A stretch of 64,000 bases of DNA from Nitrospirota bacterium (GCA_040756135.1 JBFLZS010000008.1:5021-69020); one strand, 5' to 3'. Shown: positions 17,014 through 25,824, counted from the first letter of the stretch. Numbers and translations are program-made. The notes: generated by a model from the sequence alone, not told the origin.

Positions 17014-19314
17014 ATGTTTAGATATTTATTCTTTTTATTTATCTTATTGAGTCTTTTTTCATGTGGTAGAGACAGTCAGTTTACTAATAGTAATCCAAGC
17101 AGTGTTTATTCAGATAAAAATATTCAAACGGATGGTTCAATCGCAAAGAGGGGGATGGCAGCAAGATATGTTCCTGGAGAAGTTCTGGTTAAATTCAAGA
17201 CAGGAACCTCTGCAAGCAGAGTGCATGTACTTAACAATGCATTAGGTGCAGTTAAGATAAAAGAAATCGAGCATATCGGAGTTCATCGAATAAAACTCCC
17301 TCACAAAATGAGTGTTGAAGATGCTGTTAAATATTACAAGGCGGAACCTGATGTGGAATATGCAGAACCGAACTATATTGTAAAAAAGGCTACCATCCCA
17401 AATGATCCGGATTTTAGTAAGCTTTGGGGACTCAATAATACAGGACAGATAGGAACCACTGATGCTGATATAGATGCGCCAGAGGCATGGGATATAACAA
17501 CAGGTTCAAATGATGTGATTATAGCTGTTATAGATACAGGAGTTGCTTATAATCATCCTGACCTTGCTGAAAATATATGGATTAACACGGAAGAACAGAA
17601 TGGCACCCCGGGGTCTGATGACGATGGGAATGGCTATATTGATGATATCTATGGATGGGACTTTATAGACAATGATGGCTATCCTGAGGATTATGATAGT
17701 CATGGGACTCATGTGTCAGGAACTATTGCTGCAAAGGGCAATAATGAAATAGGTATTGCTGGTGTGATGTGGTTAGCAAAGATAATGCCCATTAGGTTTT
17801 TAGGTGTGAGCGGTTGGGGTGATACAGGCAAAGCCGCAGAGGCAATAGTATACGCTGCAGATAACGGAGCGCGTATTATAAATGCGAGCTGGGGAAGCAG
17901 GGGTTATTCACAGGCCCTTTATGAGGCTATAGAATATGCACAGTCAAAAAATGTCCTTTTTGTTGCAGCGGCAGGCAATGAGGGAAATAACAATGATACT
18001 AATCCGTTCTATCCTGCCAGTTATAATCTCACAAATATTATCTCTGTTGCTGCTACAGATTATAATGATAAACTTGCCTCTTTTTCTAACTACGGGGCAA
18101 ACTCAGTGGATCTGGCGGCACCAGGAGTAGATATCTATAGCTCAATCCCTCTATTTATATATGATCCTCCTATTACAGTTTATAGTGAGAAGTTCGACAG
18201 TGCATCCGGAGAACTACCACTTCTGGGATGGTCCCGTGGAGGGACAAATTCTACATGGGCCGTAACTACAGGTACAGGAATAGACAACACGAACAGCCTT
18301 GAGGACAGTCCCGGAGGAGATTATCTTCCTAACACAAACTCTTGGGCAGGTTATATGACTCCTATTACATCTGTTAAGAATAACCGTTATACACTTTCGT
18401 TTAAATGGAGAGGGCATATTGACCCTACAATTTATGACTATTTAGATATTAATTACTCTCCTGACGGAATAAATTGGGACTGGGCAGACAGGACAAATGG
18501 AAATAATAGTAATTTTACTCAATACATAACCCGTGAAATCACTGCTGCGGCAGATTTTTACAATAGTTTTTATTTTGGTTTTGGTCTGGAATCTGATTCT
18601 ATTAGTAACTATGATGGTGTATACATTGATGATGTAGTCCTTACAAGAGAACCAATAAGTATAAGTGGGTATAATTATGAATCCTATGGGGGTACGTCAA
18701 TGGTTGCACCACATGTATCAGGGGTTGCAGGATTAATCCTTTCCCTGAATCCCGGTCTTTCTTATTCACAGGTCAAGGATATCATTTTAAACACAGTTGA
18801 TACAATTCCATCTCTTTCTGGCATTACCATGACAGGGGGCAGGGTAAATGCCATGAATGCCCTGCAAAATGCACTTCCTCCTACTGCGCCTGGTAGTCTT
18901 TCAGCCTCAGCGATATCAAGCAGCCAGATAGATCTTTCATGGACAGACAACTCCTCTAATGAAACAGGTTTCAAGATAGAAAGAAAAGTAGACGCAGGCG
19001 GGACATACTCCGAAATTGCAACGGTAGGGGCAAATATTACTACCAATAGCGATACAGGTCTTAGTGCCTCAACAACATATTATTACCGTGTAAGTGCGTA
19101 TAACGTTGCCGGAGATTCTTCTTATTCTAACGAGGTAAGTGTAACAACTCCGGAAGAAGGTACGGAAGAAGGTAAAGGCAGTGGGGGAGGGGCTTGTTCT
19201 ATCGGGATGGTTCATAGTTATCAAACAGCAGTGGCAGATACCATAGTTCTCATCACACCTTTATTAATTATTCTAATAATCAAAAGGTTTAGAAAATTCC
19301 AGGATAAGGCATAA
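17014..19314 (+). CDS. S8 subtilase lipoprotein with fervidolysin-type prodomain, jelly-roll-like insertion, Fn3 domain and Cys-containing C-terminal tag
   Basis: Lipobox LLSLFSC. Prodomain GEVLVKFK...VEYAEPNY. Catalytic contexts AVIDTGV, SHGTHVSGT and GGTSMVAPHVSG. Fn3 segment IDLSWTDNSSNETGFKIER. Tail GSGGGACSIGMVHSYQTAVADTIVLITPLLIILIIKRFRKF. Confidence 0.92.
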   Translation: MFRYLFFLFILLSLFSCGRDSQFTNSNPSSVYSDKNIQTDGSIAKRGMAARYVPGEVLVKFKTGTSASRVHVLNNALGAVKIKEIEHIGVHRIKLPHKMSVEDAVKYYKAEPDVEYAEPNYIVKKATIPNDPDFSKLWGLNNTGQIGTTDADIDAPEAWDITTGSNDVIIAVIDTGVAYNHPDLAENIWINTEEQNGTPGSDDDGNGYIDDIYGWDFIDNDGYPEDYDSHGTHVSGTIAAKGNNEIGIAGVMWLAKIMPIRFLGVSGWGDTGKAAEAIVYAADNGARIINASWGSRGYSQALYEAIEYAQSKNVLFVAAAGNEGNNNDTNPFYPASYNLTNIISVAATDYNDKLASFSNYGANSVDLAAPGVDIYSSIPLFIYDPPITVYSEKFDSASGELPLLGWSRGGTNSTWAVTTGTGIDNTNSLEDSPGGDYLPNTNSWAGYMTPITSVKNNRYTLSFKWRGHIDPTIYDYLDINYSPDGINWDWADRTNGNNSNFTQYITREITAAADFYNSFYFGFGLESDSISNYDGVYIDDVVLTREPISISGYNYESYGGTSMVAPHVSGVAGLILSLNPGLSYSQVKDIILNTVDTIPSLSGITMTGGRVNAMNALQNALPPTAPGSLSASAISSSQIDLSWTDNSSNETGFKIERKVDAGGTYSEIATVGANITTNSDTGLSASTTYYYRVSAYNVAGDSSYSNEVSVTTPEEGTEEGKGSGGGACSIGMVHSYQTAVADTIVLITPLLIILIIKRFRKFQDKA
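19177..19314 (+). other. Candidate C-terminal sorting signal (GGGACSIG, hydrophobic helix, KRFRKF)
   Basis: A tripartite architecture shared with 32441-32563 and, in decayed form, 14041-14145. Confidence 0.6.
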
Positions 19315-19338
19315 AGCTTTTAAAAGGAGTAAGACTAT

Positions 19339-19887
19339 TCATTGAGATGGGTTGTGGACCACATTTGCCAGAAAGTGAAATATAATTCCGGGAAGTATAT
19401 TGTTTGTCTTCATATAAAGCCATCCCATCATAATGGATGGAAAAAAGCTGAGAAGTGATATCCAGTCATCGGCAAAAATAGCCTTTGGCAAGTGTGCAAT
19501 TGAAAACAGCAGGCTCACCAGTAAAACAGCCTTGAAGTTTCTCCCTATTGAATCCTGAAGAAATCCTCTGAAAAAGAACTCCTCTGGCAGAGAGATGATT
19601 AAAAGCTGGAAGATTATACCCCTCACCCATCCCTCTCCCTCAAGGTGAGGGGGGGAGGGCGAAAAGACAATATAGTAGGGCAAAAGTATAACAATAGATA
19701 CGATAAATCCTAAAAAAAAGTCATTTATCGAAAACCATAGTTTTACATTGTGGCCTACGATTATTGGAAACATCAGCATTATAATTGGTAACGAAACGTA
19801 AAAAATATTGTTTGCGGGCTTTATTGAATACAAGAGAAAAGATAAAATGAGAATAACAAAATAACCAGATATAGTCTTTATGTTCAT
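19339..19887 (-). CDS. CPBP-family (CAAX-protease-like) intramembrane glutamic endopeptidase
   Basis: A polytopic membrane protein with all three family motifs: EExxxR (LPEEFFFRGF), FxxxH (FSIAHL) and HxxxN (FHFLAN). A repeat-derived segment SPSPPHLEGEGWVRG precedes motif 1. Confidence 0.85.
   Translation of the reverse strand: MNIKTISGYFVILILSFLLYSIKPANNIFYVSLPIIMLMFPIIVGHNVKLWFSINDFFLGFIVSIVILLPYYIVFSPSPPHLEGEGWVRGIIFQLLIISLPEEFFFRGFLQDSIGRNFKAVLLVSLLFSIAHLPKAIFADDWISLLSFFPSIMMGWLYMKTNNILPGIIFHFLANVVHNPSQ
19620..19662. repeat. Variant G/C-run palindromic element, in-frame in the CPBP gene
   Basis: Sequence ccctcacccatccctctccctcaaggtgagggggggagggcg. Confidence 0.6.
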
Positions 19888-20036
19888 TTATAAATGATTA
19901 AATTAGGCATTTTGTCAATTTATAGTGAACGAATTTTAAAAGTTAAACATTTATAAACTCCTCATGGACACGCGAGACGTCTGTCCTACTGCGGATAAAA
20001 TCACATTTGAACTTATTTTTGTCGTTTATTATAGAT

Positions 20037-20936
20037 TCACAGACTCCCCTTTAAAGGAATCACATAATATCCCGGGGAAATTTTATACCTTTCAAGCTCA
20101 CCGCGAAATAAAGGGTTTTCAATAAAAGATATTCCGGGCATTAATTCCAAATTGAGGTTCATAACAGCATCTTTTACAGCGCCCTTCAACCTCGCATGGA
20201 TATCCTTTCCTTCAAGGGCGATAGAAACAACATTTATCATATTTCCTTTTATGTCTACAGTACCTCTTATGCTATTAAAAAAATTCAGAGGAACATTAAC
20301 CCCTGACAGAATCGCTGGCTCAAGTCTTGAATCTTCAGTAACAAACTCAACATGTCCTGTATCATCTAACATATTAAATCTTCCTGAAACGGTTCCGGTA
20401 CCCTGTATACCGATGAGTTTAAATAAAGGTATCCCATTTATATTAGCTTTGTTAATATCAAGCTCTATCTGCATCTTATTCTTTGTAAGATTCGCGCGCC
20501 CCGAAAAGTTCCCTCCTCCTATACCTCCGTCAAAGGATATATTCAACCATAACATTATAAAACTTAGCGGGCTTATATGGCCATAGATATTATTTAAAGA
20601 GACAAGTTCTTCTCCCGAGCTTTTTAGTGTTAACCTGTCAACAGCCAAATTATAAAATAAGCCTTTTTTAAGTCCTTTAACTTCCAACCCGAGCTTATCA
20701 CTATTAATAGAATCCTCTATGATGGATTGTATTGAGGCATTAGGAAATACTATCCATATCCCATAGAAAAGAACCGGAATGGCAGCAAGAGCGATAAGGA
20801 TCTTTTTGCTCGAAAATCCCTCTTCCCTTCCTGACAAATCCCCCCATCCCCCCTTTGCTAAAGGGGGGCGAGGGGGGATTACTAAAGGGCAGTTAGAGGG
20901 ATTACTTCTATTATTTTTTGTATTGCAACGGGGCAT
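20037..20936 (-). CDS. gspN: Type II secretion system protein GspN (assigned by position; start uncertain)
   Basis: It is the last gene of the gspC-N order and has a single N-terminal TM helix (ILIALAAIPVLFYGIWIVF). The ORF-track N-terminus runs through a family-A repeat, so the true start is probably downstream of 20837. Confidence 0.55.
   Translation of the reverse strand: MPRCNTKNNRSNPSNCPLVIPPRPPLAKGGWGDLSGREEGFSSKKILIALAAIPVLFYGIWIVFPNASIQSIIEDSINSDKLGLEVKGLKKGLFYNLAVDRLTLKSSGEELVSLNNIYGHISPLSFIMLWLNISFDGGIGGGNFSGRANLTKNKMQIELDINKANINGIPLFKLIGIQGTGTVSGRFNMLDDTGHVEFVTEDSRLEPAILSGVNVPLNFFNSIRGTVDIKGNMINVVSIALEGKDIHARLKGAVKDAVMNLNLELMPGISFIENPLFRGELERYKISPGYYVIPLKGSL
20837..20880. repeat. 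Family-A palindromic element in the gspN 5' region (IPPRPPLAKGGWGDL)
   Basis: Sequence aatccccccatcccccctttgctaaaggggggcgaggggggatt. Confidence 0.9.
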
Positions 20937-20943
20937 TATTGCT

Positions 20944-21450
20944 TCACTTTGATTTCAAAAAAGAAAGGGTCAGGGTAATATTCAAAAGTTCCGGGTTTTC
21001 AAAAGATTTTTTTATAGCAGCCTTTCTAATGGTAAGTGACATTGGTGCATTCTCGATTCTATAGAAAATATTCATCATTTCATTCATGTTAACTTTTTCT
21101 ATCTGAAGATCAGCCTCTTCTTCAAATCCGTCCTTAATCTCTCTCCTGCCTGTAGATTTGACTGTTTTTATTTTATCCTTTAATCCGATGGGTAAAAAAA
21201 CCTCATCTATAGCCTGAACAACACCCTGCACATTTGATAGATTTTTTTTTCCTTCCACAGCATCAATTCTTTGTTTGAGAGATAAAAACTCGCCCTTAAG
21301 CATCAGCATCTCTTTTCGCTGTTCTTTAAGTATTTTTAATTCTCTTCTTTCAGATGAAAGAAGATTCATTCCAAGGGCGACAATAATAATGAAACCTGTC
21401 ATCGCTAATAAAACATAGATAAATCTTTTATCCTTTAATAATTCCCTCAA
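20944..21450 (-). CDS. gspM: Type II secretion system protein GspM
   Basis: 168 aa with an N-terminal TM helix (FIYVLLAMTGFIIIVALGMNLL), then a coiled coil and a small periplasmic domain. It lies between gspL and gspN. Confidence 0.65.
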   Translation of the reverse strand: MRELLKDKRFIYVLLAMTGFIIIVALGMNLLSSERRELKILKEQRKEMLMLKGEFLSLKQRIDAVEGKKNLSNVQGVVQAIDEVFLPIGLKDKIKTVKSTGRREIKDGFEEEADLQIEKVNMNEMMNIFYRIENAPMSLTIRKAAIKKSFENPELLNITLTLSFLKSK

Positions 21451-21467
21451 GCCCTTTTCTCCTTCTA

Positions 21468-21552
21468 AACGCAGATTATCGCAGATTATTTACAGATGTT
21501 CACAGATGCATCTGTGGTAATCTGCATCTTTTCATCCGTGTTCATCTGTGTT
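21468..21552. repeat. Tandem-heptamer hairpin module (gcagatta / cagatg units) at the gspL-gspM junction
   Basis: gcagattatcgcagattatttacagatgttcacagatg|catctgtggtaatctgc...catccgtgttcatctgtg. The centre cacagatgcatctgtg is a perfect palindrome. Confidence 0.75.
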
Positions 21553-22606
21553 CCACTTCCTTCGCTGTTATCGCAAACAACATTTTGCCCTGTGTAGATG
21601 CCTTTGAATCAGATATATTTACATCATCAAAGAGACGTTCGAGCTTAACCTTTACCCGTTGAATATCACTCAAAGACGATGCCTCGCCTTTCAGGGTCAG
21701 ATTTCCTCTATCTGCTGTTATTTCATTAAAAATAACACCCTGTCTATCAATCTGAGAAAGATTAAGAAGCAGGTTAAGCGGGTTAACACCAATAAAAAAC
21801 TCCTCTCTGTTTTTTAATTCCTTCATATGGGATTTAAGCTGATAAAGCTCATTTGTTATATTTTTTTCTCCGGGAAAGATCCCTTGATATACCTTTCGCA
21901 TATCACTCTTAAAAGATGCTATCTCCTGCCTTGCAGATACAATTTTTAACAATAAGTCAGATGCAAGAACAATCGCAAGCAATATCGCAAGTACTGCTGT
22001 TACTTTCAGGGATTTCCTGGTTTTTTCAATACCTCGAGTATATGAAAACTCATCTCTTCTTAGATTTATAGTAGGCGCTATTATCTCTTCAATCGCCAGT
22101 GGTATCCTGTCTTTATCCTCTAAAGAAGGTGCAAGAAGTCTCGCTAAGTTAAAATCCTTAAGTACGTTTTTAAGTTCTAAGGAAGTTATAAACTCAGGAT
22201 CTATGTTGTATGATTTTAATCTTTCAAGAATCCTGCTGATAATTGTTTTCTCAATATATACAGCAAGTACCTGATATTTATCGTCAGATTTACCAACGAC
22301 AATATTATCGAAAACCATTTTTTCTACCCCCCCAAATATCACCCCATCGAGTTCGAATGGAAGTATCTCCCTTATCCTATCCTTATCAGAAAATGGCAAA
22401 TCAATGACCCTGAAATTAAGACTGCTTATAGGTAAACTCAAACAGGCATTCTCTATATCCTTTGTTAAATCAATAGAGAAGTCATACCCATCACGCATGG
22501 GATAACTTTTGCTATCCTTTAATTCGAATCTGCCATGCCTGACCTCGAATATGTAAGTCTCTATTTCCCCTTCTTTTATATCAATAAAAATAGATCTGCT
22601 CATCAA
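21542..22606 (-). CDS. gspL: Type II secretion system protein GspL
   Basis: 354 aa: a cytoplasmic actin-like N-domain, a single TM helix (VTAVLAILLAIVLASDLLL) and a periplasmic C-domain. Its start overlaps the gspK stop. Confidence 0.65.
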   Translation of the reverse strand: MMSRSIFIDIKEGEIETYIFEVRHGRFELKDSKSYPMRDGYDFSIDLTKDIENACLSLPISSLNFRVIDLPFSDKDRIREILPFELDGVIFGGVEKMVFDNIVVGKSDDKYQVLAVYIEKTIISRILERLKSYNIDPEFITSLELKNVLKDFNLARLLAPSLEDKDRIPLAIEEIIAPTINLRRDEFSYTRGIEKTRKSLKVTAVLAILLAIVLASDLLLKIVSARQEIASFKSDMRKVYQGIFPGEKNITNELYQLKSHMKELKNREEFFIGVNPLNLLLNLSQIDRQGVIFNEITADRGNLTLKGEASSLSDIQRVKVKLERLFDDVNISDSKASTQGKMLFAITAKEVEHR

Positions 22607-23505
22607 TATTCCTTCCAGTATTCAATCCTGTTATATGATGTATTAAGAACTGTCTCGATTATCCTTTTAACACCACCAGAGTCAGCGGTGGATTTTATGT
22701 AAAAATTCTTCCCCTCAACTGTTATCTTACCCATGAGTGACTGACCTATAGTTGTCTCAAACCCTGCAACTTTAAAAATTTGCTCCACTTTCTCAAAAGG
22801 CGTAACCTTCCTGTAATCAATCACCCTTTGCGCAAGCCCTTCTGTTATATTATCCGAAAGACACCTGAGAACAGGTTTTTCAGCTCCATTAATATTAATT
22901 TGTGGCGATCTCCAATCTCCGTAGGTGGTTATGTATGGCAGTAATTTATCATAATCCTTCCTGCTTATTCCATTTATCAAAAGGATCTCATCAACACTGA
23001 CAAGACGCGAATTTTTTGCGCCCACCTCGGAATCAGTTAGTCTTGACTCGCTATTCGTGTCAATCCAGTCTACTATTCTATCTGCGATCTTCTCATCTAA
23101 TGAAAGAATTTTCAAAAGTCTTTTGAATGAATTATAAGGACTATTCATATCACTTTCATTAATTATCTCATTCTCGGGGACAATAGAATTGATGTTAAAC
23201 TTAGAATTTTCATCTTCTATCCTTACCAATATCGTCCCATTAAAATCTTCAAAGGGATTCTCTACGGGAAGATCTATAGAACCCGGATATGAATAATTAG
23301 ATTTATTTAGCAGGTCTGATAAAAACCTTGCTGATACATTTATACCTGATCTTGCCATTATAGAAAGTCGTTGAGAATCCCGCCAGTTATAAAGATCGCT
23401 TGTACCGGTATAGACCCCATATGAAAATTCCACCACCATAGCAGTAATCAGAACAAGGGCCAACAGGGTTATAACTAATGCTATACCTTTTTGATTATTA
23501 AACAT
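22603..23505 (-). CDS. gspK: Type II secretion system minor pseudopilin GspK
   Basis: QKGIALVITLLALVLITAMVVEF gives a GspK-type N-terminus without the Glu5. The size and position are typical. Confidence 0.8.
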   Translation of the reverse strand: MFNNQKGIALVITLLALVLITAMVVEFSYGVYTGTSDLYNWRDSQRLSIMARSGINVSARFLSDLLNKSNYSYPGSIDLPVENPFEDFNGTILVRIEDENSKFNINSIVPENEIINESDMNSPYNSFKRLLKILSLDEKIADRIVDWIDTNSESRLTDSEVGAKNSRLVSVDEILLINGISRKDYDKLLPYITTYGDWRSPQININGAEKPVLRCLSDNITEGLAQRVIDYRKVTPFEKVEQIFKVAGFETTIGQSLMGKITVEGKNFYIKSTADSGGVKRIIETVLNTSYNRIEYWKEY

Positions 23506-23562
23506 CTCACCCGAAATTCCTTTTTATTAAGGTTCGGATAATAACACATGCAATGATTGAAA

Positions 23563-23635
23563 AATCCCTCCTAACCTCCCTTTGCCAAAGGGAGGTATTA
23601 CCCCTCTTTGGAAAAGAGGGGATAGGGGAGATTTT
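23563..23635. repeat. Family-B double-hairpin element, gspJ-gspK intergenic
   Basis: aaaatccctcctaacctccctttgccaaagggaggtattacccctctttggaaaagaggggataggggagatttt. The reverse-complement copy is at 24754-24827. Confidence 0.85.
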
Positions 23636-23664
23636 ACAAATATAATTTTGATCACAACTTTGCA

Positions 23665-24402
23665 TTAAATCATCTTCCCCACCCTCGGTCTTGACACATC
23701 AAAAAGGTCAACCTTTCTTCCTTTTATTATCATGGACAGACAGATCCTGATCTCACCGGGCATGCCCTTGGTTATGTCAGTATCCCACGTCTTCACCCAT
23801 CTGTCGTTGTATTTCGCTTCAATAGTAAACTCTTCAATATCCTCAATTATATCAACCCCTTCGGTTTCATCTGATAATCCCCCCAGCCCCCCTTTACTAA
23901 AGGGGGGTGAGGGGGGATTATCTTTATTAGCATAAGGGGATTCCACCTTCTTAAAGAGATTTAATTTCCCATCTTTTTCTTCTATGTAGTATGAAATCAT
24001 GGAAAGGCCGGGGCGCAAAGTTGAAAAGGTTGTAAAGGTAAGCTTCGTTGCCTGCTTACCGTAGATATCCCTGTCTTCAATCTTTAAAAATGTATTACTA
24101 TCATCCTTATAGAAAGAAGCCGAATCCAGTTCACGCCTTAAGATGTCAATCGCCTTTCTATATTCCTGAAGTTTCAACAGAGATTCGTCCATGCCTTCAA
24201 TCGCCCTATGGCTTAAGAAAAATGTGCTGTAGATTGCAGCAAGGACTATAGAAAGTATTGCAACAGCGATGAGTATCTCAATAAGGGTGAAACCACCCTG
24301 CCTCCCTTTACTAATAATCCCTCTCAATACCCCTTTATCAAATCCCCCCTTGCCCCCCTTTTCTAAAGGGGGGATGGGGGGATTACTTAAAAACAAACTC
24401 AT
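23665..24402 (-). CDS. gspJ: Type II secretion system minor pseudopilin GspJ (start uncertain; possible TTG at 24327)
   Basis: Prepilin-type site RQGG|FTLIEILIAVAILSIVLAAIYS. Family-A repeats lie in the leader or 5' region and internally (NPPSPPFSKGGLGGL). Confidence 0.8.
   Translation of the reverse strand: MSLFLSNPPIPPLEKGGKGGFDKGVLRGIISKGRQGGFTLIEILIAVAILSIVLAAIYSTFFLSHRAIEGMDESLLKLQEYRKAIDILRRELDSASFYKDDSNTFLKIEDRDIYGKQATKLTFTTFSTLRPGLSMISYYIEEKDGKLNLFKKVESPYANKDNPPSPPFSKGGLGGLSDETEGVDIIEDIEEFTIEAKYNDRWVKTWDTDITKGMPGEIRICLSMIIKGRKVDLFDVSRPRVGKMI
23876..23919. repeat. Family-A palindromic element, in-frame inside gspJ
   Basis: Sequence aatccccccagcccccctttactaaaggggggtgaggggggatt. Confidence 0.9.
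24341..24383. repeat. Family-A palindromic element at the gspI 3' end / gspJ leader
   Basis: Sequence aatccccccttgccccccttttctaaaggggggatggggggatt. Confidence 0.9.
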
Positions 24403-24868
24403 TAAGTTTTACCTCTTCTTTACCGGCCCTGACAGTAACAATAATCTCTGATATGCCAACATATGGTGACTCCTTAACAAAGGTCTCATAAGTATACCCT
24501 TCATAGGGTGTGTCAAATACCCCTTTTTCATTATCACGGCTTTTTTCTGCATCTGCAATCTTATTCTTTGCAAGAAGGGTTGCAATTGTGAGGGTCTCAT
24601 GCCTTTCGATGATACCTAAATGATAGTTCAGGGTATATATAAGGGTTACAAGGAGACCTCCAACAATGGCAAGGGCAAGGAGGACCTCAAGAAGGGTAAA
24701 GCCTGCTTTATAAGAATTATTAAGGGTCTTAAATTTGAATTGAAATTGTTTAAAAAATCTCCCCTTGCCCCTCTTTTCCAAAGAGGGGAATCCCTCCCTT
24801 TGGCAAAGGGAGGTTAGGAGGGATTTTACAATTAATGCCGTTATGATTATGAGACTATTAATAAACAT
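24383..24868 (-). CDS. gspI: Type II secretion system minor pseudopilin GspI
   Basis: Prepilin-type site YKAG|FTLLEVLLALAIVGGLLVTLIY. The long leader contains family-B repeat codons (SLCQREGFPSLEKRGKGRF). Confidence 0.8.
   Translation of the reverse strand: MFINSLIIITALIVKSLLTSLCQREGFPSLEKRGKGRFFKQFQFKFKTLNNSYKAGFTLLEVLLALAIVGGLLVTLIYTLNYHLGIIERHETLTIATLLAKNKIADAEKSRDNEKGVFDTPYEGYTYETFVKESPYVGISEIIVTVRAGKEEVKLNEFVFK
24754..24827. repeat. Family-B double-hairpin element inside the gspI leader-coding region
   Basis: aaaatctccccttgcccctcttttccaaagaggggaatccctccctttggcaaagggaggttaggagggatttt. Confidence 0.85.
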
Positions 24869-24908
24869 TAAAAATTTAAATTTCTGGATTTCCTTAATTT
24901 TGAATCTT

Positions 24909-25460
24909 TCATTTTGAATTTTGAGTTATCTTTATTCTCCCACTCAGATGGTTGAGGGTAATTGTCATCCCTTTATCTCCTTTACCCATATGAACGCTGA
25001 TATTCTCTTGAATCCCAAGGGGGCCAAAAAAAAGTGTAATCTCGCCATCTGAGACCTTTCCTTTTGATTGCGTGGTTACACCGGTCATATCATCGAACCT
25101 TTTCGTCTTTTCCCCATCCGGTCCTACCCAGTAGACGGTACCTTCATCAAGGTCAAATTTCATCGAAAAGGTCTCCTTCCTTGATACAGCGCTGTCGTTC
25201 ATATACCTCAGTATTGAGGCAATCTCTCTTGACTCAGATTTGAGCTTACTCTCGCCAAAACCAGCAAAAGACGGAAAGATAAGAGCCATAACAATAGAGA
25301 TGATGAACATAACAACGATTAGTTCTAACAATGTGAAGCCCATTTCAGGTTGGTTTTTGCTTGGAACTTGGAACTTGGAACTTGGAACTTTTTTATTGCA
25401 TATCCCAGTTCTTGATATCCGCATTCTTGCCATCTCCACCTTCTTTTCCATCAGCGCCAT
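24909..25460 (-). CDS. gspH: Type II secretion system minor pseudopilin GspH (start uncertain)
   Basis: Prepilin-type site PEMG|[24 protein letters not shown]. The candidate ATG starts all overlap the gspG 3' end. The leader includes a (ggaactt)x4 tandem repeat. Confidence 0.75.
   Translation of the reverse strand: MALMEKKVEMARMRISRTGICNKKVPSSKFQVPSKNQPEMGFTLLELIVVMFIISIVMALIFPSFAGFGESKLKSESREIASILRYMNDSAVSRKETFSMKFDLDEGTVYWVGPDGEKTKRFDDMTGVTTQSKGKVSDGEITLFFGPLGIQENISVHMGKGDKGMTITLNHLSGRIKITQNSK
25347..25392. repeat. Tandem heptamer (ttggaac)x4 in the gspH leader-coding region
   Basis: ttggaacttggaacttggaacttggaactt at 25361-25390. Confidence 0.85.
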
Positions 25461-25824
25461 AACTTATTAAATCGAAATCACCGTAAAGGCCTGGCGATAT
25501 ATATATATAGGGATTGCCCCATGGGTCAAGCGGAATTTTCTTTTGCTCAAGGTATCCACCTTCCCTGTATTTCTGTGGTATCTGGCCTGCGGTTGGTTTC
25601 TCTATAAGTGATATAAGTCCCTGCTCGGTGTCTGGATAAAAGCCGTTGTCGAGCTTAAAGAGCTTGAGTGCCGTCTCAAAATTTTTTATCTGGACCTTTG
25701 CCTCTGCAATGCGTGCATCATCAGTCCGGCCTATTATCTTTGGTGCAACAATAGCTGCCAGGATGCTGAGTATAAATACAACCACAATTATCTCAAGAAG
25801 GGTAAAACCTTTATTATTAGTCAT
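25393..25824 (-). CDS. gspG: Type II secretion system major pseudopilin GspG
   Basis: MTNNKG|[23 protein letters not shown]...DPWGNPYIY...GADGKEGG. This is canonical GspG. Confidence 0.93.
   Translation of the reverse strand: MTNNKGFTLLEIIVVVFILSILAAIVAPKIIGRTDDARIAEAKVQIKNFETALKLFKLDNGFYPDTEQGLISLIEKPTAGQIPQKYREGGYLEQKKIPLDPWGNPYIYISPGLYGDFDLISYGADGKEGGDGKNADIKNWDMQ

Noticed and set aside
20837-20880. PPxPPLxKGGxGG, considered as a genuine conserved protein motif shared by T2SS, T4P, AroC, CopA and kinase proteins
   Set aside because: The same 44-45 nt palindrome occurs in clearly intergenic DNA and in both orientations. The host proteins are unrelated, so insertion of a DNA element explains it better.
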